DNA of 63,602 nt, the filler included, from Hausera hauseri (taxonomy: Eukaryota): NCBI GenBank assembly GCA_046269625.1. It is 10 parts of 10 records of this genome, joined end to end, with 100 filler letters (N's around TTAATTAATTAA, not from the genome) between each part and the next. Parts side by side here need not be neighbours in the genome. Positions count along the whole stretch, not along the records: positions 1 to 12,523 come from JBJURY010031113.1; positions 12,624 to 20,398 come from JBJURY010904312.1; 8 more parts are not named here. One strand, given 5' to 3'. The translations under genes and the position numbers were made by a program. Position 1 is the stretch's first letter. Each line of letters begins with the position of its first letter. Below the pieces are notes generated by a model. The model worked only from the letters and a program-made list of their open reading frames with translations, did no database searches and had not been told where the DNA came from. Below, in pieces: positions 1 to 13,668 of the stretch.

Positions 1-1
1 A

Positions 2-923
2 TATGCAATAAGTTTTATAATAGTAATCAGAGGTGATGATTGATTTATAGTTTGATTTGGACTTGAAATTAATATATTATCATATGTAGTTTTAATTTTT
101 CGTCGAAATAGATTATATTGTATGGAATCATGCTTTAAATATTTTTTTATTCAAAGAATTGGGTCTGCTATGTTTTTGATATACTTAAATATTATAAAGG
201 AACCAGTTGAAACTTTAGTTATGATAATTATAGCTTATAAGGTTGCTGCTGGTCCTTTTTATTTTTGATTTCCATCCTTGTGTAGAGGGGTATCTTGAGT
301 TCCGATGTTTTTTATCATATCTTTTCAGAAAATTATTCCTTTAATATTGATATCTTTATTTGTATGTACATTAATATGGATAGTTATATTTTTAAGATTA
401 GTAATAGGTTCATTAGGGTCTTTTAATCAATGTAATATGAAGCAATTATTAGCCTATTCTTCTATCCATCAATTAGGTTGATTATTGCTATGTATTATAT
501 TTGAGGATAATTCTTGGATTATTTATTTAATAATATATAGATTGGTATTGTTAGGAGTTGTTTCTGTATTAAGAGATTATGAAATTGTAAATTTTAATAT
601 GATTAGAAAGTGAAAGGACAAATTATGATTTGTAATTAGAATATTAAGAATAGGTGGCATACCACCGTTACTTGGTTTTTTTATAAAGTGGTTTGGATTT
701 ATTTGAATTTTACAATTAGGGATAATATGAGTAATATTTATAATTATAATGTCTGTAGTTATATTTTATATTTATACTCGAGTAGTTTATGATGTTTTGT
801 TGGGTTATAGTGTATATAACTGTTAATATAATAACATTAATTATAATAAACCTATTACTAAAATTGATTTTTTTGGATTTATAGGGGGTTTTTTGGGTTT
901 AGTATGTTTATTTATTTTATTAA
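2..923 (+). CDS. nad2: mitochondrial NADH dehydrogenase subunit 2 (5' partial; in-frame TAA at 824-826)
   Basis: Invertebrate mito code gives WFGLEINM, KYFFIQS, PFYFWFP, LLAYSSI and GGMPPLLGF; precedes trnW. Confidence 0.93.
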
Positions 924-929
924 ATTATA

Positions 930-985
930 ATAATAAGATAAAGTTCTATTAACTTTCAAAGTTAAAAGTGGATCTGATATGAATT
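930..985 (+). tRNA. trnW: mt tRNA-Trp (TCA), truncated; bounds approximate
   Basis: anticodon arm ttaac-tttcaaa-gttaa; position after nad2. Confidence 0.75.
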
Positions 986-1010
986 TACAGTTCATCATCG
1001 AATGATTTTT
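965..1010 (-). tRNA. trnY: mt tRNA-Tyr (GTA); bounds approximate
   Basis: minus-strand arm atgaa-ctgtaaa-ttcat. Confidence 0.75.
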
Positions 1011-1051
1011 AAGTTAAATTTGCAATTTAATGTTTGTAATAAACTATGTAG

Positions 1052-1052
<1 letters not shown>
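1003..1052 (-). tRNA. trnC: mt tRNA-Cys (GCA); bounds approximate
   Basis: minus-strand arm ttaaa-ttgcaaa-tttaa. Confidence 0.75.
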
Positions 1053-2590
<1,538 letters not shown>

Positions 2591-3256
2591 TTGTCAATAT
2601 GAGGATCGTTATATTTTCAGGATGGTGTTTCTTCTGTAATAGAATATTTAATTTTTTTTCATGATTATACTATAATTATTATAGTGTTAATTATAATATT
2701 AGTAGGATATATATTAGTTAATTCTTATACTAATAAGACTTATAATCTAAAAATATTTGAAGGACAGGAATTAGAAAGAATTTGAACAATACTGCCGGCA
2801 GTATTTTTATTATTTATTGCTTTTCCTTCTTTGCGATTATTATATTTAATGGAGGAGTCTGATTTATATGACATAACTATTAAAGTTATTGGTAGGCAAT
2901 GATATTGATCATATGAATATAGTGATTTTAATTATAAGTTTAATGATTCTTATATATTAGAAGATGAAATAAGAGTATTTCGATTATTAAATGTAGATAA
3001 TTATTTGGTTGTACCTTATAATATTAATGTTCGAATAATTATTACTGGAAATGATGTTATCCATTCTTGAACTATTCCTTCATTAGGGATTAAAGCTGAT
3101 GCTATCCCTGGTCGTTTAAATCAATTATCGTTGATTTTTGGCCGGATGGGAGTTTATGGGGGTCAGTGTTCGGAGATTTGTGGTGCAAATCATAGATTTA
3201 TACCTATTATAATAATAGTATGTCCTGTTAGAGCTTTTTTATGTATATTTATATAA
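2591..3256 (+). CDS. cox2: cytochrome c oxidase subunit II
   Basis: TTG start; QWYWSYEY, DVIHSW, CuA motif [14 protein letters not shown]. Confidence 0.97.
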
Positions 3257-3305
3257 ATATGTGACCGAAATAGGTGTTAGTCTCTTAAATTAATTAAGAG
3301 AAATG
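3255..3305 (+). tRNA. trnK: mt tRNA-Lys (CTT)
   Basis: arm ttagt-ctcttaa-attaa, anticodon at 3284-3286. Confidence 0.8.
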
Positions 3306-3350
3306 TAGTTAAATTAATATTAACTTGTCAAGTTAAAGATAGAATTATTC
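3298..3350 (+). tRNA. trnD: mt tRNA-Asp (GTC)
   Basis: arm ttaac-ttgtcaa-gttaa. Confidence 0.8.
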
Positions 3351-3499
3351 CTCAGTTAATGCCTTTATATTGAAGATTGTCTATAATAATATCTATGATA
3401 TTATTAATAATATTGGTGTTAATATTTTATTATAAATTAGATTATTTTCTACCTGGAAAGTGATCTAATTTTTCTAAAGGAGTTTGTTACTTATGATAA
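3344..3499 (+). CDS. atp8: ATP synthase F0 subunit 8
   Basis: IPQLMPLYW start; ATGATAA overlap with atp6. Confidence 0.92.
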
Positions 3500-4161
3500 T
3501 TAATTTATTTTCAGTTTTTGATCCTACATCATTTTTTGGTCTATCTTTAAATTGAATTATTCTAATAATATTATTAATATATGTTCCTATAAAATATTAT
3601 TTATTAAGTAGAGGTTTTTATTTAATTTTTAAGTCTTTATTTTTAGGTGTTAGAAAAGTATTTTATGAGGTTTCATTTCCTAATTATATAGCTTTAAATT
3701 TTTTATGTGTTATAACTTTTATATATTTAATTTTGAATAATTTGATAGGATTGTTTCCTTTTGTTTTTACTAGAACCGCTCATCCAGTTATTTCGTTAGG
3801 ATTTGGGTTTGTATTATGAATTTCTTTTTTTTTGATAGGGTGATTGAAGAATTTTATAAATAGAGCTGCTCACTTAGTACCTGAAGGTAGACCAATAATA
3901 TTAGCTCCATTAATAGTATTAATTGAGAGAATTAGACATTTAATTCGACCATTTACTTTGTCTATTCGATTGGCTGCTAATATGATAGCAGGTCACTTAA
4001 TTGTTGGGTTATTGTCTAGAATTAGAATAGTTAATATATTTGGTTTTATAAGATCGTTGGTTTTACAAAGTATTTTGTTAATTTTAGAATTTGGTGTTGC
4101 TATTATTCAAGGATTTGTTTTTAGAATTTTATTGTTATTATATGCTTTAGAATATTATTAA
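3493..4161 (+). CDS. atp6: ATP synthase F0 subunit 6
   Basis: LFSVFDP, AHLVPEG, RPFTLSIRLAANMMAGH. Confidence 0.96.
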
Positions 4162-4165
4162 ACTA

Positions 4166-4951
4166 TTGGAAAAGTTTTACCATTGTTATCATATAGTAAA
4201 TATGTCTCCTTGACCTTTACTTGTTGGGTTTGGAGTTTTAAATTGTATTATTGGATTAGTAAATATATTTACATATGTAGATATTAATATATTTTTATTA
4301 TCATTTATTTTAATAATGGTAATGAGATTATTATGATGACGAGATGTAATTCGTGAAAGAACTTTTCAAGGTTTACATTCCGGTATAGTGTTAAGTGGAT
4401 TAATAATTGGAATATTATTATTTATTGTTAGTGAAATTTTCTTTTTTATTTCTTTTTTTTGAGCTTTTTTTCATTCTAGATTAAGACCTACTATTGAAAT
4501 AGGATCTATATGACCACCTTGTGGTATTTTTCCTTTTAATCCTTTTCAAGTTCCCTTATTGAATACTGTAATTTTATTAGCTTCTGGGGTTACTGTAACG
4601 TGAACTCATCAATTAATTTTAAATAATAATTGAAAGAGGGCTAAAATATCTATAATAATAACTTGATTATTAGGTTTATATTTTTTAATACTTCAAATAT
4701 TTGAATATAGTATAGCATCTTTTAGAATTAGTGATTCTATTTATGGGTCAACATTTTTTATAGCTACTGGATTTCATGGATTTCATGTAATTGTAGGAAC
4801 TTTTTTTTTATTTATTATGTGGTATCGAATACTATATAAGCATATATCTAGTAATCATCATTTTGGTTTTGAGGCTGCAGCCTGGTATTGACATTTTGTG
4901 GATGTGGTTTGATTATTTTTATTTTCTGTAATATATTGGTGAGGAACTTAA
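4166..4951 (+). CDS. cox3: cytochrome c oxidase subunit III
   Basis: [34 protein letters not shown]. Confidence 0.96.
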
Positions 4952-4952
4952 A

Positions 4953-5005
4953 GAAATAATATATAAGTATAGTACGTTTGATTTCCAATCAAAAGAAGAT
5001 TAAAT
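4953..5005 (+). tRNA. trnG: mt tRNA-Gly (TCC)
   Basis: arm tttga-tttccaa-tcaaa. Confidence 0.8.
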
Positions 5006-5351
5006 TATTATATATATTGTATTAATATCAATAATGTTAACATCAGTTGTTTATTTGCTTTTTTATATATTGTATATAAAAGAAAAGCAAGATATAGAGG
5101 TTATAAGATGTTATGAATGTGGATTTGATCCTAATTCGTTTACCCGTTTAACATTTTCATATCGATTTTTTATAATTTCGATTTTATTTATTATTTTTGA
5201 TGTTGAAATTTCATTAATACTTCCTATTCCATTTTTAATGGAAAATTATATTGGGATATGATTATTTATTATATTTGTAGTAATTTTAATTATTGGTTTA
5301 TTATATGAATATCAGTTTGGTTCATTAGATTGAATGGATGTTCGACCTTAA
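5004..5351 (+). CDS. nad3: NADH dehydrogenase subunit 3
   Basis: [20 protein letters not shown]. Confidence 0.95.
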
Positions 5352-5390
5352 TTAAGACTTAAACTTAATGCAATAATCTGCCAATTAGAA
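5340..5390 (-). tRNA. trnL2: mt tRNA-Leu2 (TAA), located after nad3
   Basis: minus-strand arm ttaag-tttaagt-cttaa with tggcaga D-arm start; position typical of opisthothele spiders. Confidence 0.7.
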
Positions 5391-5438
5391 AGAAGTAATA
5401 TTACGATTTCAATGTTAATGAAATAGAAGAAGGATTGT
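5385..5438 (+). tRNA. trnN: mt tRNA-Asn (GTT)
   Basis: arm tttca-atgttaa-tgaaa. Confidence 0.7.
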
Positions 5439-5568
5439 GGTTTCCTGTTCCTGTGTATACAGGAACAGCAAACAACAGTAGTATCCTTTAATTATAAGGG
5501 TATGGCTAGGTTCCCCCTTTTTTCGGTTCAGGGGGAACCGAGAAAGCCTTTAGTCTTTATTGAAGACT
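5436..5568. other. GC-rich non-coding mitochondrial spacer with four consecutive stem-loops
   Basis: ctgttcctgt/acaggaacag; atcctt/aagggt; ggttccccct/agggggaacc; agtcttt/gaagact. Confidence 0.8.
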
Positions 5569-5620
5569 TATTTAAGTTAGTTTAAAATTGATTTGCAATC
5601 AGTTGATATGATATTCATAC
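5565..5620 (+). tRNA. trnA: mt tRNA-Ala (TGC)
   Basis: arm attga-tttgcaa-tcagt. Confidence 0.75.
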
Positions 5621-5672
5621 GGATAGTTAATTAAAGCTGCTAACTTTTATTTAGAGGAATTCTACTAATATG
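5620..5672 (+). tRNA. trnS1: mt tRNA-Ser1 (GCT)
   Basis: arm aaag-ctgctaa-cttt, anticodon at 5639-5641. Confidence 0.75.
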
Positions 5673-5674
5673 TA

Positions 5675-5725
5675 TTATTAGCTAAAAGCGGCTTAATTTC
5701 GAGTTAAGTGATGATAAATATAGTG
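5675..5725 (+). tRNA. trnR: mt tRNA-Arg (TCG)
   Basis: arm cttaa-tttcgag-ttaag. Confidence 0.75.
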
Positions 5726-5765
5726 GTTCACGTTACTATTTCATAGTAAAGAATGGGATTTAGAT
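5716..5765 (+). tRNA. trnE: mt tRNA-Glu (TTC)
   Basis: arm ttact-atttcat-agtaa. Confidence 0.65.
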
Positions 5766-5808
5766 TTCTTTATCTTCAGTAAATTGCTTTATTATAAGCT
5801 AATAGATT
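5755..5808 (-). tRNA. trnF: mt tRNA-Phe (GAA)
   Basis: minus strand tagctta D-arm and ttta-ctgaaga-taaa arm. Confidence 0.7.
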
Positions 5809-7447
5809 ATGCTATTAATATTATTGGGGTTAGGGTAAGTATAATTATAATTATAGTAAGGGTTTTTTTAGATATTTCTGGTATATTAGATATTGTAGTT
5901 AGAATAAAATTTATATTATTAGGACCATATTTTTCTTGTCATGTACTGTCATTTTTTATAAAAATTGATATTAGATTTGATAAATTAGTAATTGGGGTGG
6001 TTGATAGTAAGTGAATAAATCATAGTGAAATTGATGATTGTCCTGTTGATAAGAATTTTTTTCTTTTAAAAGATAATATGATTCCTATTATAATCCCTAA
6101 TATAAGGAATATAATAATTTTTATTTTATATGATAAATGTATTAAAAATAGTTGTTCAGGTTGAAGAATTCAAGATAAATGGGTACCAGATGTAATTGCC
6201 ATAGGAGCTATGGCAATAATAGGATAAGTAGCGTAATGATTAATATGATTTGATTGATCGGGTTTAGATTTTATTAGTGATTTGTTTCTTATAAAAGTTA
6301 TTCGAATGGAATATGTTGATGTTATTCCAATTGAGATAATTATTAATATGGTAAGGGAAGATTCCAATTTTGAGGAGATTATAAATTCAATGATTGCATC
6401 TTTTGAAAAAAATCCTGATATGAATGGAATTCCTATTAATGCTATAGTAGTAATTCCTAATGTGGAGGATATGGTTGGATATATAAAATAATTTATTCCT
6501 ATTATGCGTATATCTTGATATTTTGATTCGTGGATTATAATTCCAGCGCAAAGGAATATTGTTGATTTAAATAGGGCATGAATGATTAAGTGAGTAAAAG
6601 CTAAAATAGTAGATTTTATAGAAATTGCAAATATTATTATTGCAATTTGGCTGAGTGTGGATAAAGCAATAATTTTTTTTATATCTTGTTCTCAATTAGC
6701 TGATATTCTTGCATAAATAGCAGTGGATCTTGCAATAACTATAAGAGTAGTGATGATTAAAGGGTGAGAAAAATTTATGACTCGTAATATAATATAAATT
6801 CCTGCTGTTACTAATGTTGATGAGTGAACCAATGCTGAGATTGGGGTAGGGGCTGCTATAGCTATAGGAAGTCATGCTGAAAATGGAAATTGGGCACTTT
6901 TTGAGCAAGCTGCAATTATTAAAAATAAGAGTGGAAGAAGGGTAAATTCTTTATTTATGTTAAAATCTCAGTTTATTGAAATTGTTAATAGTCTGATTGA
7001 TAAGAGAATTAAAATGTCTCCAATTCGATTTCTTAAAAGTGTAATAGATCCTGATGATGCTGATAGGAAGTTTTGATAGTATACTACTAAAATGTAAGAC
7101 GATAGACCTAGTCCATCTCATCCTAATAGAATTAGGAAGATATTGTTTCTAATAATTAGGATTATTATTGATAAAATAAATATTATTATTAATATAATAA
7201 ATTGGGTTTGTTCGTTTTTAGGGATGTAGTATATTCTGAATATAATGATTATTCTTGAAATAATTATAACTGTTCCTATAAATATTATAGATATTCAATC
7301 GTATATTATATCAATTGATATTCTAAAAGAATGAAAGTTTAAAATAGGGATTTTAAAAAGGAAGAAATTGTTGGAAATTATTATTATTAATCTTATAATA
7401 ATTGGTATTATAGAACAAATTAATATAATTGATGATAAAGGGTTTAT
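5807..7447 (-). CDS. nad5: NADH dehydrogenase subunit 5
   Basis: [46 protein letters not shown]; 547 codons. Confidence 0.95.
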
Positions 7448-7497
7448 AAAAGAAATTATAGTTCCACAAACTATAGTTTTATTAAACTAGATATTTA
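7445..7497 (-). tRNA. trnH: mt tRNA-His (GTG)
   Basis: minus arm atagt-ttgtgga-actat between nad5 and nad4. Confidence 0.8.
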
Positions 7498-8778
7498 GTA
7501 TATTAAAATTTCAATCTTAAATAAAAGGATTATTAATGGGGTTAAGTGAATAAATATAGATATAAATATTTTTTGTTGGGTAGATGGGGTAGATAGTAAT
7601 TCTGTTTTATTATGATTAATATTAATGAATAATATTATTGAAAATGATGTAGCTATTAAAGAAGCTATAAAGATTATTATTAATAGATAATTATTTCAAA
7701 ATAATATTCTTGATATTAGTATAATTTCTCTTATAGTATTGATTGATGGAGGAGCTGAAATGTTAGTTGCTATAAATATAAATCATCAAAATGTAATGTT
7801 TGGTATGAGGGTAATTAATCCTTTAAATAAAATAATATTTCGTGAGTAATATTTTGAATATAAATCATTTACTATTAGAAATAATGCTGATGAGGATAAG
7901 CCGTGGGCAATTATTATAGTGATTGCTCCGATGAAACCTATTGTATTAAGTGTAAATAATCCTGTTAAGACTAGTCCTATGTGAGCAATAGATGAGTAGG
8001 CAATGAGGGATTTTAAGTCTTTTTGTCGAATACAATTTATACTAGTTGCTGTGGCTCCAATTAAACTAATTCTAATGATTCAAGTATTAATTTTGTTAAT
8101 TGATTTAATACATAATGGAAGAAATCGAATTAAACCATATCCTCCTAATTTAAGAAGGATTGCGGCAAGAATTATTGATCCTTCTAGTGGTGCTTCTACG
8201 TGAGCTTTTGGTAATCATAGGTGTGAAAAATATATTGGTATTTTTACTAAAAATGCTAATATTAAGAATATAATTATATTATATTTGATAAGTTTAGTAA
8301 TTGAAATCAAAAATGTTGGATTGTTCTTGATAATGATAATTCTAGCTAATAGAGGTAGGGATATTGTAATTGTATAAATTACTAAATAAATTCTTGCTTG
8401 AAGTCGTTCAGGTTGTTTTCCTGATATTGTAATAAGAATTATTGTTGGAATTAATACAGCTTCAAATATAATATAGAAAAGTATTATTTGAGATGATGAA
8501 AAGGTTATTAGCAAGATTAAGAAAATTGGGATTATAGTTTTTGAAATTTTATTGATGATTGATGAGGATAAATTAATTAATATAATGCTGATAATAGTTA
8601 ATGCAATTATGATTGTAGAAGTTATGTCTATATTGATAGATTCATATATTATGGAATATTGATAATTAATTATTAATAAAATAATAATTATTATTGAGTT
8701 AGATATAATTATTGATGAATATAATATTGATTTTATGAAAAAAATAATGGTTATTCTTAGTAGTAGTAATTTTATCAA
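7495..8778 (-). CDS. nad4: NADH dehydrogenase subunit 4
   Basis: [35 protein letters not shown]; 428 codons. Confidence 0.95.
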
Positions 8779-9040
8779 AGGTTATTAAGTTGATTGGTGA
8801 TGAATTTGAAGAATTGTGTGTTTTTGATATTGATACTAATAATCTTAAACCTATTCTTGATGCTCTGACTATTATAGATAATATAATAAGAAGTGAGGTT
8901 AAAGATAGTAATGATATTATATTTGAAATTATAGTAAATAGTGATATAATTATTAATTCTAATCTTAATAATATTAAAATGATATTTTTACGTCATCAAC
9001 ATATTCTTATTATTCTTATAATAATTATTGATTTTATAAT
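8779..9040 (-). CDS. nad4L: NADH dehydrogenase subunit 4L (incomplete stop T)
   Basis: hydrophobic ORF with ILLSLELM and GLSLLV; abuts nad4. Confidence 0.88.
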
Positions 9041-9041
9041 T

Positions 9042-9097
9042 TGAATAGAAGTATATTCTACATCCAAAGTAGATATTTTGATTAAATTAAATAGAAC
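9042..9097 (-). tRNA. trnP: mt tRNA-Pro (TGG)
   Basis: minus arm tctac-tttggat-gtaga. Confidence 0.8.
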
Positions 9098-9099
9098 AA

Positions 9100-9528
9100 T
9101 TGATAATATTATTTATAATAATATTTTTTATTGGCAGAATCCAACCTATAATTATAATTGCTAGATTGATTTTAATAGTTATTTGTTATTCTTATAATAT
9201 TTATATGTGAATTGGGGGGTATTGATTTAGATATGCTTTATTAATAGTAATATTAAGTGGAGTGCTGGTTGTATTTACTTATATAGTAAGATTAATACCT
9301 AATGAAAGATTTGAGAGATATAATTTGCTATATATTATTCTATTTATAATAATAGTTATAAAATATTATATAAGTAGTTATATAATGGATACAAGAGTTG
9401 TTTCTTTGGTATTATGAATTTCATATTTTGGTATATTTAATATATTTATAGTTTCTTTTTTATTAAGAATTATATTAATAGTAGTTTGGTTTAGATATAT
9501 AGATGAAGGGGCAATGTATATTAATTAA
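9100..9528 (+). CDS. nad6: NADH dehydrogenase subunit 6
   Basis: QP motif, LSGVLVVFTYMVSLMPNE; position between trnP and trnI. Confidence 0.9.
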
Positions 9529-9545
9529 TATACATATATATACAC

Positions 9546-9600
9546 AATTAAGTGCCTGAATAAAGGGTTAATTTGATAGATTAAATAATGAAATATTTTT
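9546..9600 (+). tRNA. trnI: mt tRNA-Ile (GAT) between nad6 and cob
   Basis: gtgcctgaataaaggg D-arm and ttaat-ttgatag-attaa arm; this placement is known from araneomorph spiders. Confidence 0.8.
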
Positions 9601-10737
9601 ATATCTATTCGAAATAGTGATAAGTTATTAAAGATAATTAATAATTCTTTAGTGGATTTACCTTCTCCCTCTAGATTAAGATACTATTGGAATTTTGGGT
9701 CTTTATTAGGATTGTTTTTAATAATCCAGATTATGTCTGGTTTATTTTTATCTTTTCATTTTAGAAGAAGTATTTTCTTATCTTTTGATAGAGTTATTTC
9801 TATAATACGGGATATAAATTATGGATGATTATTACGGGTAATCCATGCAAATGGGGCTAGAATGTTTTTTCTATTAATATATATTCATATTGGTCGGGGT
9901 ATATACTATGGATCTTATCGATATAATAAAACTTGAATAAGAGGAGTTAGAATTTTTCTATTATCGATGGCTACTGCATTTTTAGGATATGTTTTACCAT
10001 GAGGTCAAATATCATTTTGGGCTGCTACGGTAATTACTAATTTATTGTCAGCAATTCCTTATGTTGGAGTTTTATTAGTAGAATGAATTTGGGGGGGTTT
10101 TGCAGTAGGGGATCCTACATTAATTCGATTTTTTGCTTTTCATTTTGTTTTCCCCTTTTTGATTTTATTTTTAGTAATGTTTCATTTATTTTTTCTTCAT
10201 GAAACAGGTTCTGGAAATCCTGTTGGTTTAAATAGAAATTGTGATAAAGTTTTATTTTACCCATATTTTGTAGTAAAAGATTTATATGGATATGTTTGTT
10301 TTTTTGTTTTCTATATAATTATTTGTTTATTAATGCCTTATGTTTTTATAGATGTTGAAAATTTTATTTCTTCTGATCCTTTGGTGACTCCTGTTCATAT
10401 TCAACCTGAATGGTATTTTTTATTTGCTTATGCAATTTTACGATCTGTACCTAGAAAAATTGGGGGTGTAATTGCTTTAGTATTGTCAGTATTTATTTTA
10501 TATTTTATACCTATTTTTTATAATCAAAGGTTACGAAGTTTTGGGAATTATAAGATAATTAAGTATTTATATTGAGTATATGTAATTAATTGAATATTGT
10601 TGACTTGAAATGGTGCTTGTTTGGTAGAGATACCTTATAGATTATTAGGAATTTATTTTAGAATAATATATTTTATATTATATACATTGTGATATGTTGT
10701 TTATATATTTCAGGATTATATGTTAATATGATTTTAG
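9601..10737 (+). CDS. cob: cytochrome b
   Basis: [43 protein letters not shown]. Confidence 0.97.
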
Positions 10738-10783
10738 TAATAATTGTTTTGAAAACAATTAGTAAGATGTGTCTTTAAAGTCA
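10728..10783 (+). tRNA. trnS2: mt tRNA-Ser2 (TGA)
   Basis: arm attgt-tttgaaa-acaat. Confidence 0.75.
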
Positions 10784-10835
10784 GTCTAATTAGTTTAAGT
10801 AAAATAGAAGCTTTGTAAGTTTAAGATGTTAAATA
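10784..10835 (+). tRNA. trnT: mt tRNA-Thr (TGT)
   Basis: tagtttaagtaaaa D-arm and aagc-tttgtaa-gttt arm. Confidence 0.7.
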
Positions 10836-11746
10836 TTATAAAATATTATGGTTATTGAAATAGGAATTATTAGAAGGGATAGAGGCAGAAAAATTTTTCA
10901 TCTTAGTTTTATAAGTATATCGTATCGGAATCGAGGAAGTGTTCCGCGGACTCATAATAAGATAATAGTAATTATGATTAAAATGAATAATGAAAAAATT
11001 GAGTTGAGTGACTTAAAGAATATAATTGTTGAAATTATTCTTAAAATAATTATTCTTATATATTCAGCTAAGAAAATGAAGGCAAATCATCCTCCTATGT
11101 AATCTACGTTAAATCCTGAGACTAATTCGGATTCTCCTTCTGCAAAATCAAATGGTCTTCGATTTGTTTCTGCTAGACATGTAATTATTCATAAAATGAA
11201 TATAATTATATTTCCATAAAAGAATGGGCAGATTAATTGGGAGTTAGAAATTTCTTTAAATGAATAAGAGTAGGATATAATTACGATAAATAGAATGATA
11301 ATAAAGAATGATACTTCATAAGAAATTATTTGGGCTACTCTACGGATAGATCCTATGTTTCCATATTTAGAATTGGCTGATCATCCGATTATTAAAATAA
11401 AATATACGGATATTCTTGATAAAATAAAAAATAATAGTAAGTTATGTTTATTATCAAATAATGAAAATATATTAAATGTAATAATGGGAATTATTATTAT
11501 AGAAATAAATAAGGATATTGCTGGTCTAATGTATGTTAATATATAATTTATTATATCTGATGAAATTAGTTTTTTATTAAAGAGTTTTAATGCATCTCTA
11601 AATGGTTGTAAAAGTCCTATAAGTCCTACTTTATTAGGACCTTTTCGTATTTGAATATATCTTAATATTTTTCGTTCTAAAATAGTGTAAAATGCTACTC
11701 TAATTAGGATACTAATGGTAATTGTTGTAAAATTTAATATAAATAT
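10829..11746 (-). CDS. nad1: NADH dehydrogenase subunit 1
   Basis: [48 protein letters not shown]. Confidence 0.96.
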
Positions 11747-11795
11747 TTATTCTTGATTAGATTCTAATTCTAATGCATAATTTGCTAAATAGTAA
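11745..11795 (-). tRNA. trnL1: mt tRNA-Leu1 (TAG)
   Basis: minus arm ttaga-attagaa-tctaa. Confidence 0.8.
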
Positions 11796-12523
11796 ATTTA
11801 ATTAGTTATTTAGGTCCTTTCGTACTGTAAATATAATATTAGAAGATGGAAACCGACCTGGCTTACACCGGTCTGAACTCAAATCATGTAATGATTTAAA
11901 AGTCGAACAGACTTCCTATTATAAAATCTTTTGCAATTTTTAGGTTATTAATTCAACATCGAGGTCGTAAACATAAATTGTTATAAGATCTTGTAATTTA
12001 TATAGCGCTGTTATCCCTACGGTAACTTATTTTATATAAACAATTATATTGGGTCTTTTTTTTCATTAATTTTAATAAAATAAAAATTATTTAACTTCCC
12101 CAGTTAAACTAAAGTTAAGTTCGATAGGGTCTTATCGTCTTTCTTTTTTAAAAATGAATTTTTACATTAAATGTAATTTAAAAAATTTAAGTTAATAATA
12201 TAAATTATAATGTTAAATCTTTTATTCTAGTCTTTATTTAAAAGACAAATGATTATGCTACCTTAGCACAGATTCTGCGGCTATTTAAATTTCATTGAGC
12301 AGATTATACTATTAATTTAATCTAATAGAAATGTTTTTGTTAAACAGTCATAAAATTATAGATGAGTTATAATAACATAAATATATATCTAATAATAATA
12401 CTATTATAATTATTTATAGGACAAAAGATTAGTATAACTATTATAAGGGTTGTGGAAGATAGTTATAAAACTTAGTAAATACTTTTAGTTTTTTAAAAAA
12501 TAAAGAATTTGATTAAGTTATGT
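11796..12523 (-). rRNA. rrnL: mitochondrial large-subunit rRNA (partial, runs into contig end)
   Basis: conserved 16S motifs ccggtctgaactcaaatcatgt, caacatcgaggtcg, ctgttatccc and atgtttttgttaaacag. Confidence 0.95.
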
Positions 12524-12623
12524 NNNNNNNNNNNNNNNNNNNNNNNNNNNNNNNNNNNNNNNNNNNNTTAATTAATTAANNNNNNNNNNNNNNNNNNNNN
12601 NNNNNNNNNNNNNNNNNNNNNNN
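12524..12623. other. artificial contig linker; identical linkers at 20399-20498, 25822-25921, 33400-33499, 38862-38961, 43003-43102, 47385-47484, 54960-55059 and 59546-59645
   Basis: N-run, TTAATTAATTAA (stops in six frames), N-run; always 100 nt. Confidence 0.99.
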
Positions 12624-13668
12624 ATTATATTTAAGACTTACAAGGGATATACTAAAATGAACATAAGCTTGCATAGTGGTATATGAATGTACCAACATGT
12701 GAATTAATTCGGTTTAATCGACAATTTTAATTTAAACATACAAATTCGTATTTTTTTCTTACCCCGGGTCGTTTATTACAACTTCTGTGTAATAATGGAA
12801 CATTCTCTATACTGGAGCCTTAAAGGAAGAAAGTGGTTATATGAAACGAATTTTGTTAGGATTCTTCAGATTTTTCGTTTGTTATTGTGTCGTGATTTCT
12901 CCCTTAAGCGACAACGTTTTGCCCGAATATTTGATGGTCATTTTGTTATGGTTCGTGTCTTTCGTACAAAAGTGACGACACACTAACAAACACATTAAGT
13001 GAAACACTTGTAGTTTCCCAGAATTGTATCAGCATACTGCATACCGTAGGAGATGCTTAAAGTGATGATTCTTTATGTGCTGGAAAATTTGCACTTATGT
13101 TGTGATGTATTCAAGTTTTGGAAGTGTTAAACTATCTCGTTGTCTAGACCTTATTTATCTCTTTGACATGACCTTAACACGACTGGCAGTATTATAAACA
13201 CAAAGTTGAAAAGTCGATTAGCTCGAATGACGATTAGTTTCCCGTTTTTAATCCCACCTAATCTATGCGGAAATTAGGTTAAAGACGCAAAATATGAGAT
13301 ATTATAGAGAATAATTTAAATTCATAGGTGGATTTCATAATCCGATATAGTAGGTAGATCGATTGTTCGTTTAAGGTTAAACGAAATTGAAACAAACTAC
13401 ATTTTTCAGTAAAATGCTGAGTGAAATGTAGAATAATTAGGACAAATTTAATCTATTTGATTTTTTCCATTGATTGCACATATTCTATCAAAGTCATGAT
13501 GCGATATGATGGCTATCCACAGTTCTTGAATTTCATGGTGGTACATTTAGACTAATATATGCATTTCATGAAATCTCGCATTATCCGATGTACAATAACT
13601 GTTTCCTTACGCTCATTGACTTAACCAGTTACAATCCATGGTGATGAAGTCTGAGATGTACTGTACTA

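Noticed and set aside
12524-12623. Recurrent TTAATTAATTAA as a biological repeat
   Set aside because: Always centred in N runs of fixed length; it is a six-frame-stop concatenation linker
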